A stretch of DNA of 32,000 nt, taken from contig CP104013.1 of NCBI GenBank assembly GCA_025839675.1, positions 2,700,001 to 2,732,000 on the forward strand, given 5' to 3'. Both the position numbers and the translations under genes were made by a program. Position 1 is the stretch's first letter. Every line of letters begins with the position of its first letter. Source of the stretch: Candidatus Lokiarchaeum ossiferum (lineage in GTDB: Archaea > Asgardarchaeota > Lokiarchaeia > Sigyniarchaeales > Promethearchaeaceae). Positions 1-8,487 of this stretch are shown piece by piece. The notes below the pieces were generated by a model. The model had not been told where the DNA came from and did no database searches. It was given only the letters and a program-made list of their open reading frames with translations.

Positions 1-231
1 TTCATCTAATATATCATTACACAACATTCCAGCCATATAGACTTGAGAAAGAGCGACATCCCCCGTTTCCCACAGATCTCCAATCCTTTTTTGACTTTCA
101 ATTAAAATTCGCTCATTTCCAGAAAATTCAGATGAATTTGGGGACAGGGAAGCTTTAAAAATATTTTTTACTAAATCAATATCCAAATTAATAAGAGCTT
201 GTGTAAGATCTGAAATCACCTGTTCTTGCAT
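1..231 (-). CDS. cobalamin (B12)-binding domain protein, N-terminal part; the gene runs off the left edge
   Basis: Not in the ORF track because it is truncated. A reverse-strand ATG at 231..229 opens an uninterrupted frame to position 1: MQEQVISDLTQALINLDIDLVKNIFKASLSPNSSEFSGNERILIESQKRIGDLWETGDVALSQVYMAGMLCNDILDE. The segment IGDLWxxGxxxxSQVYMA resembles the helical cap (B12-binding_2) that precedes the Rossmann-like B12 domain of corrinoid proteins. Confidence 0.4.
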   Translation of the reverse strand, partial: MQEQVISDLTQALINLDIDLVKNIFKASLSPNSSEFSGNERILIESQKRIGDLWETGDVALSQVYMAGMLCNDILDE

Positions 232-316
232 AGGGAAACTAGTTGGTTCGAACCTAAATTACTTACTTGGTTTCCTAAAAATTTTTTAACGGGAATTTAT
301 TACCAGAATATCCAAG

Positions 317-712
317 ATGAATTTAATTGAAAAGAAAAGTATTAGCGCGATTACATTCTATTGCTTAAGCATTATTTGCTTTGGTCTTACGGTGTTTTTT
401 AATTTGTTTGAGAACCAAAACACCCCATCAATGTTCAAAAAGTATCAATCCACTCTAATTTTAGCAAATATTCTTGGTATTATTGGATATTGTGATGTTA
501 CATCAAAGAAAACAGAAAAAGAGCCGCAAATATTATTTGTTCTGTTCTGTTTCGTATTGTGTGGAAGCTCATTCATCTATGTTCTTAATATTAATCTAAT
601 TGTCAAATCTATTTCGATTTCAGCAATGATATATTTTGGTATTCAAACATTGCTTTACGGTGCCACTTTACTTAAAGTGAGGAAAAAAAACCATCAATTC
701 TCTAATAAATAG
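317..712 (+). CDS. small integral membrane protein, function unknown
   Basis: 131-aa ORF with about four hydrophobic helices (e.g. ISAITFYCLSIICFGLTVFF, LFVLFCFVLCGSSFIYVL). No recognisable motif. Confidence 0.5.
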   Translation: MNLIEKKSISAITFYCLSIICFGLTVFFNLFENQNTPSMFKKYQSTLILANILGIIGYCDVTSKKTEKEPQILFVLFCFVLCGSSFIYVLNINLIVKSISISAMIYFGIQTLLYGATLLKVRKKNHQFSNK

Positions 713-780
713 CTTAATAAAGATAAACAAACAAATTCAAAAAATAAGCTTTCTTTAGCAAGGTAGGAAGGTATTACAAA

Positions 781-1353
781 ATGAGCTTAGATCACGAAGT
801 AAAGGAAGGAGAATATTATTTTACTTACACTCAAATGCATCGACTTGTACAAAAATTGGCCGAAGAGATTAAGAAGGACGGATTTAACCCCGATTTTATG
901 ATCGCAATTGGTACAGGCGGCTTTATTCCAGCCCGGATGCTTAAAATCTACATAAATAAGAAAGTTCTGACAGTCGGACTTTCCTACTATGATGATGATA
1001 ATAATCCGATGGAACATCTACAAAAAATCCAATGGTTAGAAAATGATCAAGAAAAGCTACGAGGAAAAAAAGTTCTCTTAGTGGATGAAGTAAATGACTC
1101 CGGTTCTACCCTTGAATATACCTTAAAGGAATTATTGGCATGCGATCCAGAAGAAATTGCAGTTGTTGTGTTGCATGATAAGGAAAAAGAGAAGAAAGGT
1201 CATATTCCTCCAGAAATCAAGAAATATTATGTTGGAGAAAAAACGGGTCCAGGCTGGATCCATTACCCATGGGAAGCAGAGGATATCGACTATCAAAACT
1301 ATATGGCCGCTAAATTTGTGCGAAAAGCAGGGCGTTACATTTTTGAACATTAA
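781..1353 (+). CDS. purine phosphoribosyltransferase (xanthine-guanine/hypoxanthine PRT-like)
   Basis: PRPP-binding motif KVLLVDEVNDSGSTL. IAIGTGGFIPARML flexible-loop region. C-terminal WIHYPWE resembles the WIEQPWD of Gpt-type PRTs. A T9 run follows the stop codon. Confidence 0.8.
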   Translation: MSLDHEVKEGEYYFTYTQMHRLVQKLAEEIKKDGFNPDFMIAIGTGGFIPARMLKIYINKKVLTVGLSYYDDDNNPMEHLQKIQWLENDQEKLRGKKVLLVDEVNDSGSTLEYTLKELLACDPEEIAVVVLHDKEKEKKGHIPPEIKKYYVGEKTGPGWIHYPWEAEDIDYQNYMAAKFVRKAGRYIFEH

Positions 1354-1385
1354 TTTTTTTTTCAATTTATTTTAGATGGTTGAGG

Positions 1386-2135
1386 ATGACAAATACAAAT
1401 CTTGAATATATACAGATAAATTCAAATTTATCTATGTGGATCAATCATTTTTCAGATGAAATCCAAAATTACTATCCAATTTCATCCTCTGAAACATCCT
1501 ACGGAGAAATACCCGATATTATTCCACCATTTAAACAAATTCAAGATCAATTATGGTCAAAATATCACGTCCATTACCAAATTTTTAATCCCACCATGAT
1601 ATTAAACCTTGAACAAATTAGATGGGCATTATATCATAGTAATAAAACATTTTCAACCAATGCCAATATCTCAAACAATGAAGGTGTAGAATTTTTGTTA
1701 TATCTCGCCCAAGAGCGCCAAATAAAGTTAGCTTTTGAAAAGGTTGGAGTCAGTGCACCAGCAAAATTTACCGATATAATTTCTCTGGGAGAACTATTAT
1801 TTGGGGATCCAATTCAACTCCCCAAAGCAGTAGAAATGTTGCAAAATATTCACAAAAAAACAAAATTTAGTGGAATTCCTTATATTCCAGAAACAAAATG
1901 GGGGTTGTTTGTGCAACATTACGATATTCCTGTAAACCAAATCTTAACAACGTTGAAATCCTATAATTGCACAAATGAGATTTTGCATGCAAATGATTTA
2001 CCAATTGATTTTACTCAAATTCAACAGCATATTACCAAACCAGAATTAGAAAAGGCGATAATAGACATTTATAATCACGGGTTAATCTCTCTCTATTTGA
2101 CCAATATGAAAGGATTAGCTCTATCACAAACATAG
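1386..2135 (+). CDS. KEOPS subunit Cgi121-like protein with an N-terminal extension
   Basis: VEFLLYLAQERQIKLAFEKVGV matches the Cgi121 signature (compare archaeal ..MEILVRASGQRQIHEAIKIIG..). QIFNPTMILNLEQI also fits the family. The track ORF starts at a TTG at 1380. The first ATG is at 1386. Confidence 0.55.
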   Translation: MTNTNLEYIQINSNLSMWINHFSDEIQNYYPISSSETSYGEIPDIIPPFKQIQDQLWSKYHVHYQIFNPTMILNLEQIRWALYHSNKTFSTNANISNNEGVEFLLYLAQERQIKLAFEKVGVSAPAKFTDIISLGELLFGDPIQLPKAVEMLQNIHKKTKFSGIPYIPETKWGLFVQHYDIPVNQILTTLKSYNCTNEILHANDLPIDFTQIQQHITKPELEKAIIDIYNHGLISLYLTNMKGLALSQT

Positions 2136-2146
2136 AAAGGAATTTA

Positions 2147-3232
2147 ATGATGCAAGTTATATTTGATAATACAAAAAATGGCGAATTAAAAGTACTCATT
2201 GATTGTTTAGACGATCTTTGGGTATTATATAATATTTTGCAGCCCGAGGATCAAATAAAGGGGCGAACTATACGGAGAGTTGTTAAAAGAGAAGGAGACC
2301 CTGGAATTCGAAAACCAATGACTTTAACGATCACTGTGGAAAAAGTCGAATTTCACGAATTTACGAATCGTTTACGAGTATTAGGTGCAATTATAGATGG
2401 TCCAGAAGATTATGTCTCTACCGGACAGCATCACACATTCAATTTAGAACCGACTTCTAAAATCACAATTTTTAAAGAAAAATGGTATAGAAATGATATA
2501 CAACGAATTCGACGGAATTTAGATAAGAAAGAAAATTCCATGATATTGTGTGTTGCTATTGAATCAGGATTGGCCAATTTAGCCTTATTGTCAAATTACT
2601 CTCTAACTCCAATAACCGAAGTAAAAGAAAATATTCCTGGCAAGCGGTATAAAAAACAAGCCCATAAAGAATATTTGACTCGTTTCTACGAGAATGTTAA
2701 ACAAGTCATAAATGAAAATTTGGAACGCCACCCTATTGGTTTAATCATTGTTTGTGGTCCAGGATATTTTAAAGAACACTTCATCGAAGAATTTGGAGAC
2801 CAATTGAAATTAGGTAATCAAATTATTCAGTCAAGAGCATTGAATGCAAGTTCGGGAGAAATTAGTTCGATTTATGAAGTATTGCGAAATGGAGCGATTG
2901 CCAATCATAAAGTTGATTTTAAAATCGCCCAAGATGAAATGATTATGAACGAATTTGTGGAACATTTGGGAAAAGATCAAGGAACTGCAATGTATGGAAT
3001 AGAACAATCTCAATTATGTGCCCAAATGGGAGCAGTCGAACATTTGCTCATCTGCGATGTTTTGTTACGAACTGCTGATTCAACACTCCGCACTCAAATT
3101 GAAAGTACCCTAAATGATACGGAAAAAAACCGTGGTGAGGTTCATATTCTCAGCACTGCGAATCCGGCGGGAGAACAATTAGAATCCTATGGAAAAATTG
3201 CCGCAATTTTGCGTTATAAGGTGGATTTATAA
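2147..3232 (+). CDS. pelA: Pelota (Dom34 homologue), ribosome rescue / no-go decay factor
   Basis: 361 aa. The N-terminus, ..GELKVLIDCLDDLWVLYNIL..D.I.G.T.RRV, is typical of Pelota. The central and C-terminal eRF1-like domains are present (LIIVCGPGYFKE, VEHLLICDVLLR). Confidence 0.9.
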   Translation: MMQVIFDNTKNGELKVLIDCLDDLWVLYNILQPEDQIKGRTIRRVVKREGDPGIRKPMTLTITVEKVEFHEFTNRLRVLGAIIDGPEDYVSTGQHHTFNLEPTSKITIFKEKWYRNDIQRIRRNLDKKENSMILCVAIESGLANLALLSNYSLTPITEVKENIPGKRYKKQAHKEYLTRFYENVKQVINENLERHPIGLIIVCGPGYFKEHFIEEFGDQLKLGNQIIQSRALNASSGEISSIYEVLRNGAIANHKVDFKIAQDEMIMNEFVEHLGKDQGTAMYGIEQSQLCAQMGAVEHLLICDVLLRTADSTLRTQIESTLNDTEKNRGEVHILSTANPAGEQLESYGKIAAILRYKVDL

Positions 3233-4275
3233 TGGATGATGAAAATCTGAACTTGAAAGAACAAATTTCAAAACGATTCATTGTAGATGAAAACAGCCAT
3301 ATACCCCTATTTGGGTTAGATTTTTTAGGGATATTGGATCGTGGTACTAATGTGTTAGAAGTTAAGCCGATAACCGTATGCAATCTGAAGTGCAAATACT
3401 GTTTTGTATCGGCAGGTGATTACAATTATAATTTTATTGCCGATCATGAATATTTACTAACTTGGGTCAAAAAGGCGATTGGTATCAAAAAATGTGATGA
3501 TATTGAAATTCATCTAGCCCCCTATGGAGAAATTTTTCTCTATCCTCATTTAGAAGAATTAGTAAAAGGATTAAAACAAATTCCGGAAGTCAAAATCGTC
3601 TCAATCCAATCGAATGGCTTATTATTAACTCCCGATAAAATTAAAATGTTGGAGACTGCAGGTGTGGATCGCTTGAATTTGTCTCTCAATAGCATGGATC
3701 CAGAAAAATGTGCCGATTATTGTGGAGTAAAAAAGTATAACCTCGCACATCTATTAAAGATGTTTGATCTTGTATTGGCGAGCAATATGGAGTTATTAGT
3801 GGCTCCAGTATGGTTCCGAGGTACCAATGATGATGGTATCATGGCTGTAATTGATTATATTAAGCAAAAAAAAGTAGAAGGGTTTGATTGGCCGAAATTA
3901 CGGCTGGGTATTCAAAATTACTTGACCTATTCTTCTGGTCGAAAAATAAAGAAAGCAAAAATGCGAGAATTTGCATTTTTCTATAAAGTTTTGAAAAAAT
4001 TAGAGAAAGAACATCAGTTAAAACTCAAATTAGGCCCAAAAGATTTCAATATTCACCGTACCGATGCAGTTCATCCTCCAGTCAAATTGAATGAAACGGA
4101 TACCGTGGAAATAATCAAAAAAGGGCGCTATGATAATGAATATATTGCTCGATTAAATGAAACATGGGCAGTGAAAGTGTTGATTAAAGGAGAACTACCC
4201 ATTGGGGAAAAACTGCGAGTAAAATTTATAAAAAGCTCTCTTCGCGGGAATTTACTAACAGCAATTCCCATCTAA
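3232..4275 (+). CDS. radical SAM protein with a C-terminal TRAM-like region
   Basis: Canonical CX3CX2C (CNLKCKYC). Downstream GEIFLYP and SIQSNG motifs. The C-terminal beta-rich tail (VEIIKKGRYDNEYIARL...KVLIKGELPIGEKLRVKFIK) looks TRAM/PUA-like. The start overlaps the Pelota stop (ATAATGG). Confidence 0.75.
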   Translation: MDDENLNLKEQISKRFIVDENSHIPLFGLDFLGILDRGTNVLEVKPITVCNLKCKYCFVSAGDYNYNFIADHEYLLTWVKKAIGIKKCDDIEIHLAPYGEIFLYPHLEELVKGLKQIPEVKIVSIQSNGLLLTPDKIKMLETAGVDRLNLSLNSMDPEKCADYCGVKKYNLAHLLKMFDLVLASNMELLVAPVWFRGTNDDGIMAVIDYIKQKKVEGFDWPKLRLGIQNYLTYSSGRKIKKAKMREFAFFYKVLKKLEKEHQLKLKLGPKDFNIHRTDAVHPPVKLNETDTVEIIKKGRYDNEYIARLNETWAVKVLIKGELPIGEKLRVKFIKSSLRGNLLTAIPI

Positions 4276-4313
4276 AGGTTTTTGTCAATTAATATTATAA
4301 AAAAAGATAGAAA

Positions 4314-5942
4314 CTACTGATTGTTTTTTTTAAGCCTAATTTTTTTTGTGGCCCATTGTTCCCCAAGATACCAGATAATGCCTAAGGGTACACAGATGGT
4401 CCACATTAACATGGTATATATCCAAACTGCAGAAGTGTAATTGGAAGGATCTGTCAAGAACTGGGATTGTAATGTTCCTGTGAAATAATGTTCCCCATAA
4501 ATGGCTTCCATAATGGCAAAAATTAACATTTGGGATAGCAAAATATGATAGGATGCTTTTCCAACCAAGCTAAATTTCTTTAGTGTAAAATTTCTGCATT
4601 TAATTATCTTAGTATTTTTCAGACTTGAAGAAATATTGTGAGGAAATACGGTCAATACCATCAAAACTATTAATGCTGAATATGGATAAACCAAGAAGTG
4701 ATAATCACCCATAATTTCATGATAACGAACATTATCATATTGATAAACGCATAAGTATAGCCCACTTACTAGCGAAAGTACCCATATTACCCAATTAGTA
4801 TTCTTTGGAGAGAAAAATATTTGAAGGAGATAAGGGAGTGTGAAAATCGCTCCTATTAAAATAAAAAGGAAAGTTGCATGCTCAGCCTGGAATGTTTCAT
4901 AATTAATTGAAACAGTGTTAAAATAAAGGTTGGTTAGAATTCCCATGGAAGCACACATGATAAATGAGAAAATGAATGTTATCAAAAACTCTACACGGGG
5001 TTTATAGAAATATAAGCCCGTTGTAAGCCAAATGAGCAAAATTGTGACAAATGCCGAGACCCAACGGGGATCTGGTAAAACACTCATGATAATATCATCG
5101 ATAAATGGACTTAAGGCAAGTTCGCTAATTGATATGATCAAAATTAACACAGGTAAGAAATGAACTTTTCGGTAATCCTTCGAGTCTTTGGCAATTTCTG
5201 GGATCTGAGAGGGGTCACTTAATTCTTGTTCCAATTTCTGTTTAGGAACACTCAAATTAACATGATCAGCGATCCAAAAACCAATGACTAAAGCATTGAT
5301 ATAAAGAAAAATACTACTCTGGATAAAACGTCGCCCAAGCGGGATTTCAGGCCACCATTCCGTCCAATGTCCAAAAATTAAAAAGACACCCACTTGAACT
5401 AATATTTCCCATGCGAGACTCCCTAAAAGAGCTAATTTTGGATGTTTGAGATATAATTTGTAGAGAAAAGGGAGAATAATCGCAGCTTGAAATAACACCG
5501 GAATGAACCAATTCCCCGGTCCATAGAAGGGAAGAATAAAATAAGCCAGAAATGAACGATCCCAATGAGGATCAAATTGTTCGGCTAACATTGTTGAAAA
5601 ATTACCATAAATAATTAAACCGATTACTGTAGAAATGATCAACAAAACGATGAAAGGAATTCCATATCGTTTTGCTTTGTGCACCAAATAGTTTCCATAG
5701 GATTTTTTAGATTCTATAGGTATCCCTCGTTTTTTAAAGGAATAGGCTGCATTGAAACCCAACAAGATCATAAAAACGGGAATCGATATACGTTCCCAAA
5801 GTGAATGTCCCCACTCACTTCTCACGATGGTTGGAATGGCATGATCAATGATAACAAGTAAGATCATTGCACCTTTTAATAGATCTACTTGAGGGAAGTA
5901 CTTCTGAGTTTCTTTCGTAATAATTTTTTGATTAGATAACAT
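4314..5942 (-). CDS. polytopic membrane protein, acyltransferase-3 family-like
   Basis: 542 aa with more than 10 hydrophobic helices. The N-terminal VDLLKGAMILLVIIDHA resembles the Acyl_transf_3 signature (..D.lRg.a...Vv..H). Confidence 0.5.
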   Translation of the reverse strand: MLSNQKIITKETQKYFPQVDLLKGAMILLVIIDHAIPTIVRSEWGHSLWERISIPVFMILLGFNAAYSFKKRGIPIESKKSYGNYLVHKAKRYGIPFIVLLIISTVIGLIIYGNFSTMLAEQFDPHWDRSFLAYFILPFYGPGNWFIPVLFQAAIILPFLYKLYLKHPKLALLGSLAWEILVQVGVFLIFGHWTEWWPEIPLGRRFIQSSIFLYINALVIGFWIADHVNLSVPKQKLEQELSDPSQIPEIAKDSKDYRKVHFLPVLILIISISELALSPFIDDIIMSVLPDPRWVSAFVTILLIWLTTGLYFYKPRVEFLITFIFSFIMCASMGILTNLYFNTVSINYETFQAEHATFLFILIGAIFTLPYLLQIFFSPKNTNWVIWVLSLVSGLYLCVYQYDNVRYHEIMGDYHFLVYPYSALIVLMVLTVFPHNISSSLKNTKIIKCRNFTLKKFSLVGKASYHILLSQMLIFAIMEAIYGEHYFTGTLQSQFLTDPSNYTSAVWIYTMLMWTICVPLGIIWYLGEQWATKKIRLKKNNQ

Positions 5943-6180
5943 TACCTACCAAATTTCACTTTTTAATTAAAAATAATGCATACTCCGATTGTTAGCAAAG
6001 ATATGTTTTCATGAACTTCGGTTTCCATCCCTAGGATGGAATTATGATTTACCATTAAACAAATCAGTATACCATCTATCATTTAGTTCTTTTACTATTT
6101 TCCAAAAATCGAAGATAAGAAAAGTAAAAATGGATGAAATAAAGAAAATATACTCAATGAAGGTATTAAAAGAAAAAAAA

Positions 6181-6576
6181 TTAATTAAATATAAAGGAAA
6201 TCTCTCGATTGGCAGATTCTGGTGAATCTGAAGCATGAATGGCATTTTGAGGCATTTCACCGCCAAATAAATTTCGAATCGAACCTGGTTTTGCTTTTGC
6301 CGGATTTGTATTACCGATAAATTCCCGAAAATCGAGGATGCAATTTTCTTTTTCAATCACCATGGCAAATACGGGGCCGGAGGTCATAAACTCAACTAAT
6401 CCTTTGAAGAAGGGTTTTCCATCATGTTCGGCATAAAATTTTCCCGCAAATTCAGGAGTCATTTGCATTTCTTTAGATTTGATAATTGTATATCCCGCTT
6501 TTTCAATCATGGAGATAATTTTATCTTTATTTGCAAATGCATCGGGTTTGATCATAGTATAACTTTGTTGGGTCAT
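6181..6576 (-). CDS. ndk: nucleoside diphosphate kinase
   Basis: YTMIKPDAF, GPVFAMV, TNPAKAKPGSIR and the active-site NAIHASDS (NxxH[GA]SDS). Confidence 0.9.
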   Translation of the reverse strand: MTQQSYTMIKPDAFANKDKIISMIEKAGYTIIKSKEMQMTPEFAGKFYAEHDGKPFFKGLVEFMTSGPVFAMVIEKENCILDFREFIGNTNPAKAKPGSIRNLFGGEMPQNAIHASDSPESANREISFIFN

Positions 6577-6711
6577 ATTGATTCTTAAAATGTAGCAAGC
6601 ATTTTATGTTTTTCTCCAAGATTTCCTCATTACTTTATTCCGTTTTTTCTGGATACTATCCTACAAATTTCATAAAAACCTTAAATAAAACATTTTATTT
6701 CTTCCTTTATC

Positions 6712-7707
6712 ATGAAAGAAGATATTCTTCTGACTGAAAAACAAATTAATACCGTCTTGAACAATATTGGGGAAGAAATACTCAGTTTTCATTTATTTGA
6801 GGGGGGATTTATTAATCCGATTTACTTCATAACCACAAAATCTCAGTTAGAATTGGTTCTTCGTATTACAAATCCTTTACCAAAATGGAGACACTGGAAA
6901 ACACTTAATGAGATAGAGGTAATGAAATTCCTCCGAACTAATACAAGTATCCCTGTGCCAAAGGTTTGGGACAGTTCAGTTGCAACTGATCTCATTGGTT
7001 ATGAGTATATCTTGATGGAAAAAATTGAAGGGATACAGATGAATATTGTTTATCCAGATGCTTCATATGATTTGAAATGCTCATTAATATCCCAGATTTT
7101 ATCTTTCATTAAAGAAATGCAAAAATTCACTTTTCTAAAAATTGGATCCTTTCAAGAAAATATGGTACTTGGCCCTAATTATGATATAGAGGCGGGTCCA
7201 TTCGAATCAATAAATCAATTTCTTAGCGCGGCATTGGAAAGTAGAATGAATGATATAGCAGACAATTCCCGATATTTTCATTTCATTTCTCGATTGGTCA
7301 AATTGAAAGAAAAAATGGGAGAGATGAAATTGAAACAATTTCCATTCGTTTTAACTCAATGTCTTGAGGATAAAAACATTCTAATTAAAAATGGGAAGAT
7401 TTCCGCTCTATTGGATTATGAATGGTCCGGTTCCTATCCCATATACACCGATCTTATGAATTTTGAAGAAATTTTGCAATTTCCTCAATTTCCCAGAATT
7501 GAAAAATATTATCGCGAGCAATTAAACGAATTACAGCTCGAATATAGCATTCCAGAGAATATACAAGATTTTCAAGAGATTGAATTTTTAGCGATGTGTT
7601 TAGGTTCGTATAAGGCTTGGTTTGTCGGAAAAGAGGCCGAAGGGGAAGAATTCATTCAAAAGAGATCTCAACAGTTAAATGATTTGCTCAAGAAATATAA
7701 TTGCTAA
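6712..7707 (+). CDS. aminoglycoside/choline-kinase-like phosphotransferase-fold protein (atypical catalytic loop)
   Basis: YEYILMEKIEG hinge. FVLTQCLEDKNILIKNGKISALLDYEWSG aligns residue for residue with the APH(3') segment VFSHGDLGDSNIFVKDGKVSGFIDLGRSG. Confidence 0.65.
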   Translation: MKEDILLTEKQINTVLNNIGEEILSFHLFEGGFINPIYFITTKSQLELVLRITNPLPKWRHWKTLNEIEVMKFLRTNTSIPVPKVWDSSVATDLIGYEYILMEKIEGIQMNIVYPDASYDLKCSLISQILSFIKEMQKFTFLKIGSFQENMVLGPNYDIEAGPFESINQFLSAALESRMNDIADNSRYFHFISRLVKLKEKMGEMKLKQFPFVLTQCLEDKNILIKNGKISALLDYEWSGSYPIYTDLMNFEEILQFPQFPRIEKYYREQLNELQLEYSIPENIQDFQEIEFLAMCLGSYKAWFVGKEAEGEEFIQKRSQQLNDLLKKYNC

Positions 7708-7730
7708 GTAAGAATGAAAATTGATGATTT

Positions 7731-7901
7731 TTATCGGTAGGAGTTCATACCCAACTTGATATCTAAAACGGGTGTGCCATCAACAGCATCTAAACCTTTA
7801 ACATATAAGGTAGTTTCTTGGATTTTCAACAAATCAACGTTAGTAATGGCTATTGGTGTTAATCGGTCCGGGGTCCGGGATGCAAAAACACCTACTTTAA
7901 T
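7731..7901 (-). pseudogene. C-terminal remnant of a TrmO/TsaA (YaeB, UPF0066) family gene
   Basis: The reverse-strand frame reads IKVGVFASRTPDRLTPIAITNVDLLKIQETTLYVKGLDAVDGTPVLDIKLGMNSYR*. This matches the family signature GVFAtRSPxRPNPIG...glDxxDGTPvLDIKPY. There is no start codon, and the frame is closed by a stop overlapping the NUDIX stop region. It is a locally GC-rich island in otherwise AT-rich spacer. Confidence 0.45.
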
Positions 7902-7911
7902 TCTAAAAAAA

Positions 7912-8460
7912 CTAAACTAATTTCATATTTTTTGCTAAATTCCACCCAACTAAGGTTGAGGCGTGAATTAAATCACCTTCATCTTGTAATAAATCGATTT
8001 CTTCTGGAGTAAATAGTTGCATCTGAAGAAATTCATTAGGGTCTAATGCCTGGCCATTTCCCTCTTCTACATCTGCATAAAAGAGATAGCACCAACCTTT
8101 GGCGATCCCAAAAGGATGGAATTTCATTAAAAACCGAAGATTAGTTACTCGATACCCTGTTTCTTCTTCTACTTCGCGCACGGCCGCATCTTCGGGTAAT
8201 TCTCCAGGATCAATGATACCCGATGGAATTTCCCAACTCGCAGCCATCCAAGGATAACGAAATTGTCTAACCATAGGCAACTTATGATCCTTGGTTTTGC
8301 ATATCACTGAAGCAAAGCTTTTATTCTCGACCACGATAAAATCTACATTTACACCATCGGGGCGAGAGGCTATATCATTACGAAGTCGAATGAATTTGTT
8401 TTCGAACACTACTCTTTCTTCGACAGTTTTCCATTTTAATTCTGAATCATCAAATTTCAT
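7912..8460 (-). CDS. NUDIX hydrolase (ADP-ribose pyrophosphatase-like)
   Basis: Complete Nudix box GIIDPGELPEDAAVREVEEETGY (GX5EX7REUXEEXGU). Confidence 0.85.
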   Translation of the reverse strand: MKFDDSELKWKTVEERVVFENKFIRLRNDIASRPDGVNVDFIVVENKSFASVICKTKDHKLPMVRQFRYPWMAASWEIPSGIIDPGELPEDAAVREVEEETGYRVTNLRFLMKFHPFGIAKGWCYLFYADVEEGNGQALDPNEFLQMQLFTPEEIDLLQDEGDLIHASTLVGWNLAKNMKLV

Positions 8461-8487
8461 TTTAATATCGTGCCTCTATTACTTTGA

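Noticed and set aside
245-254. GGTTCGAACC, which resembles a tRNA T-loop (GGTTCGAATCC).
   Set aside because: No acceptor, D or anticodon arms can be built from the flanks. It is a 10-bp perfect palindrome in a divergent promoter spacer, not a tRNA.
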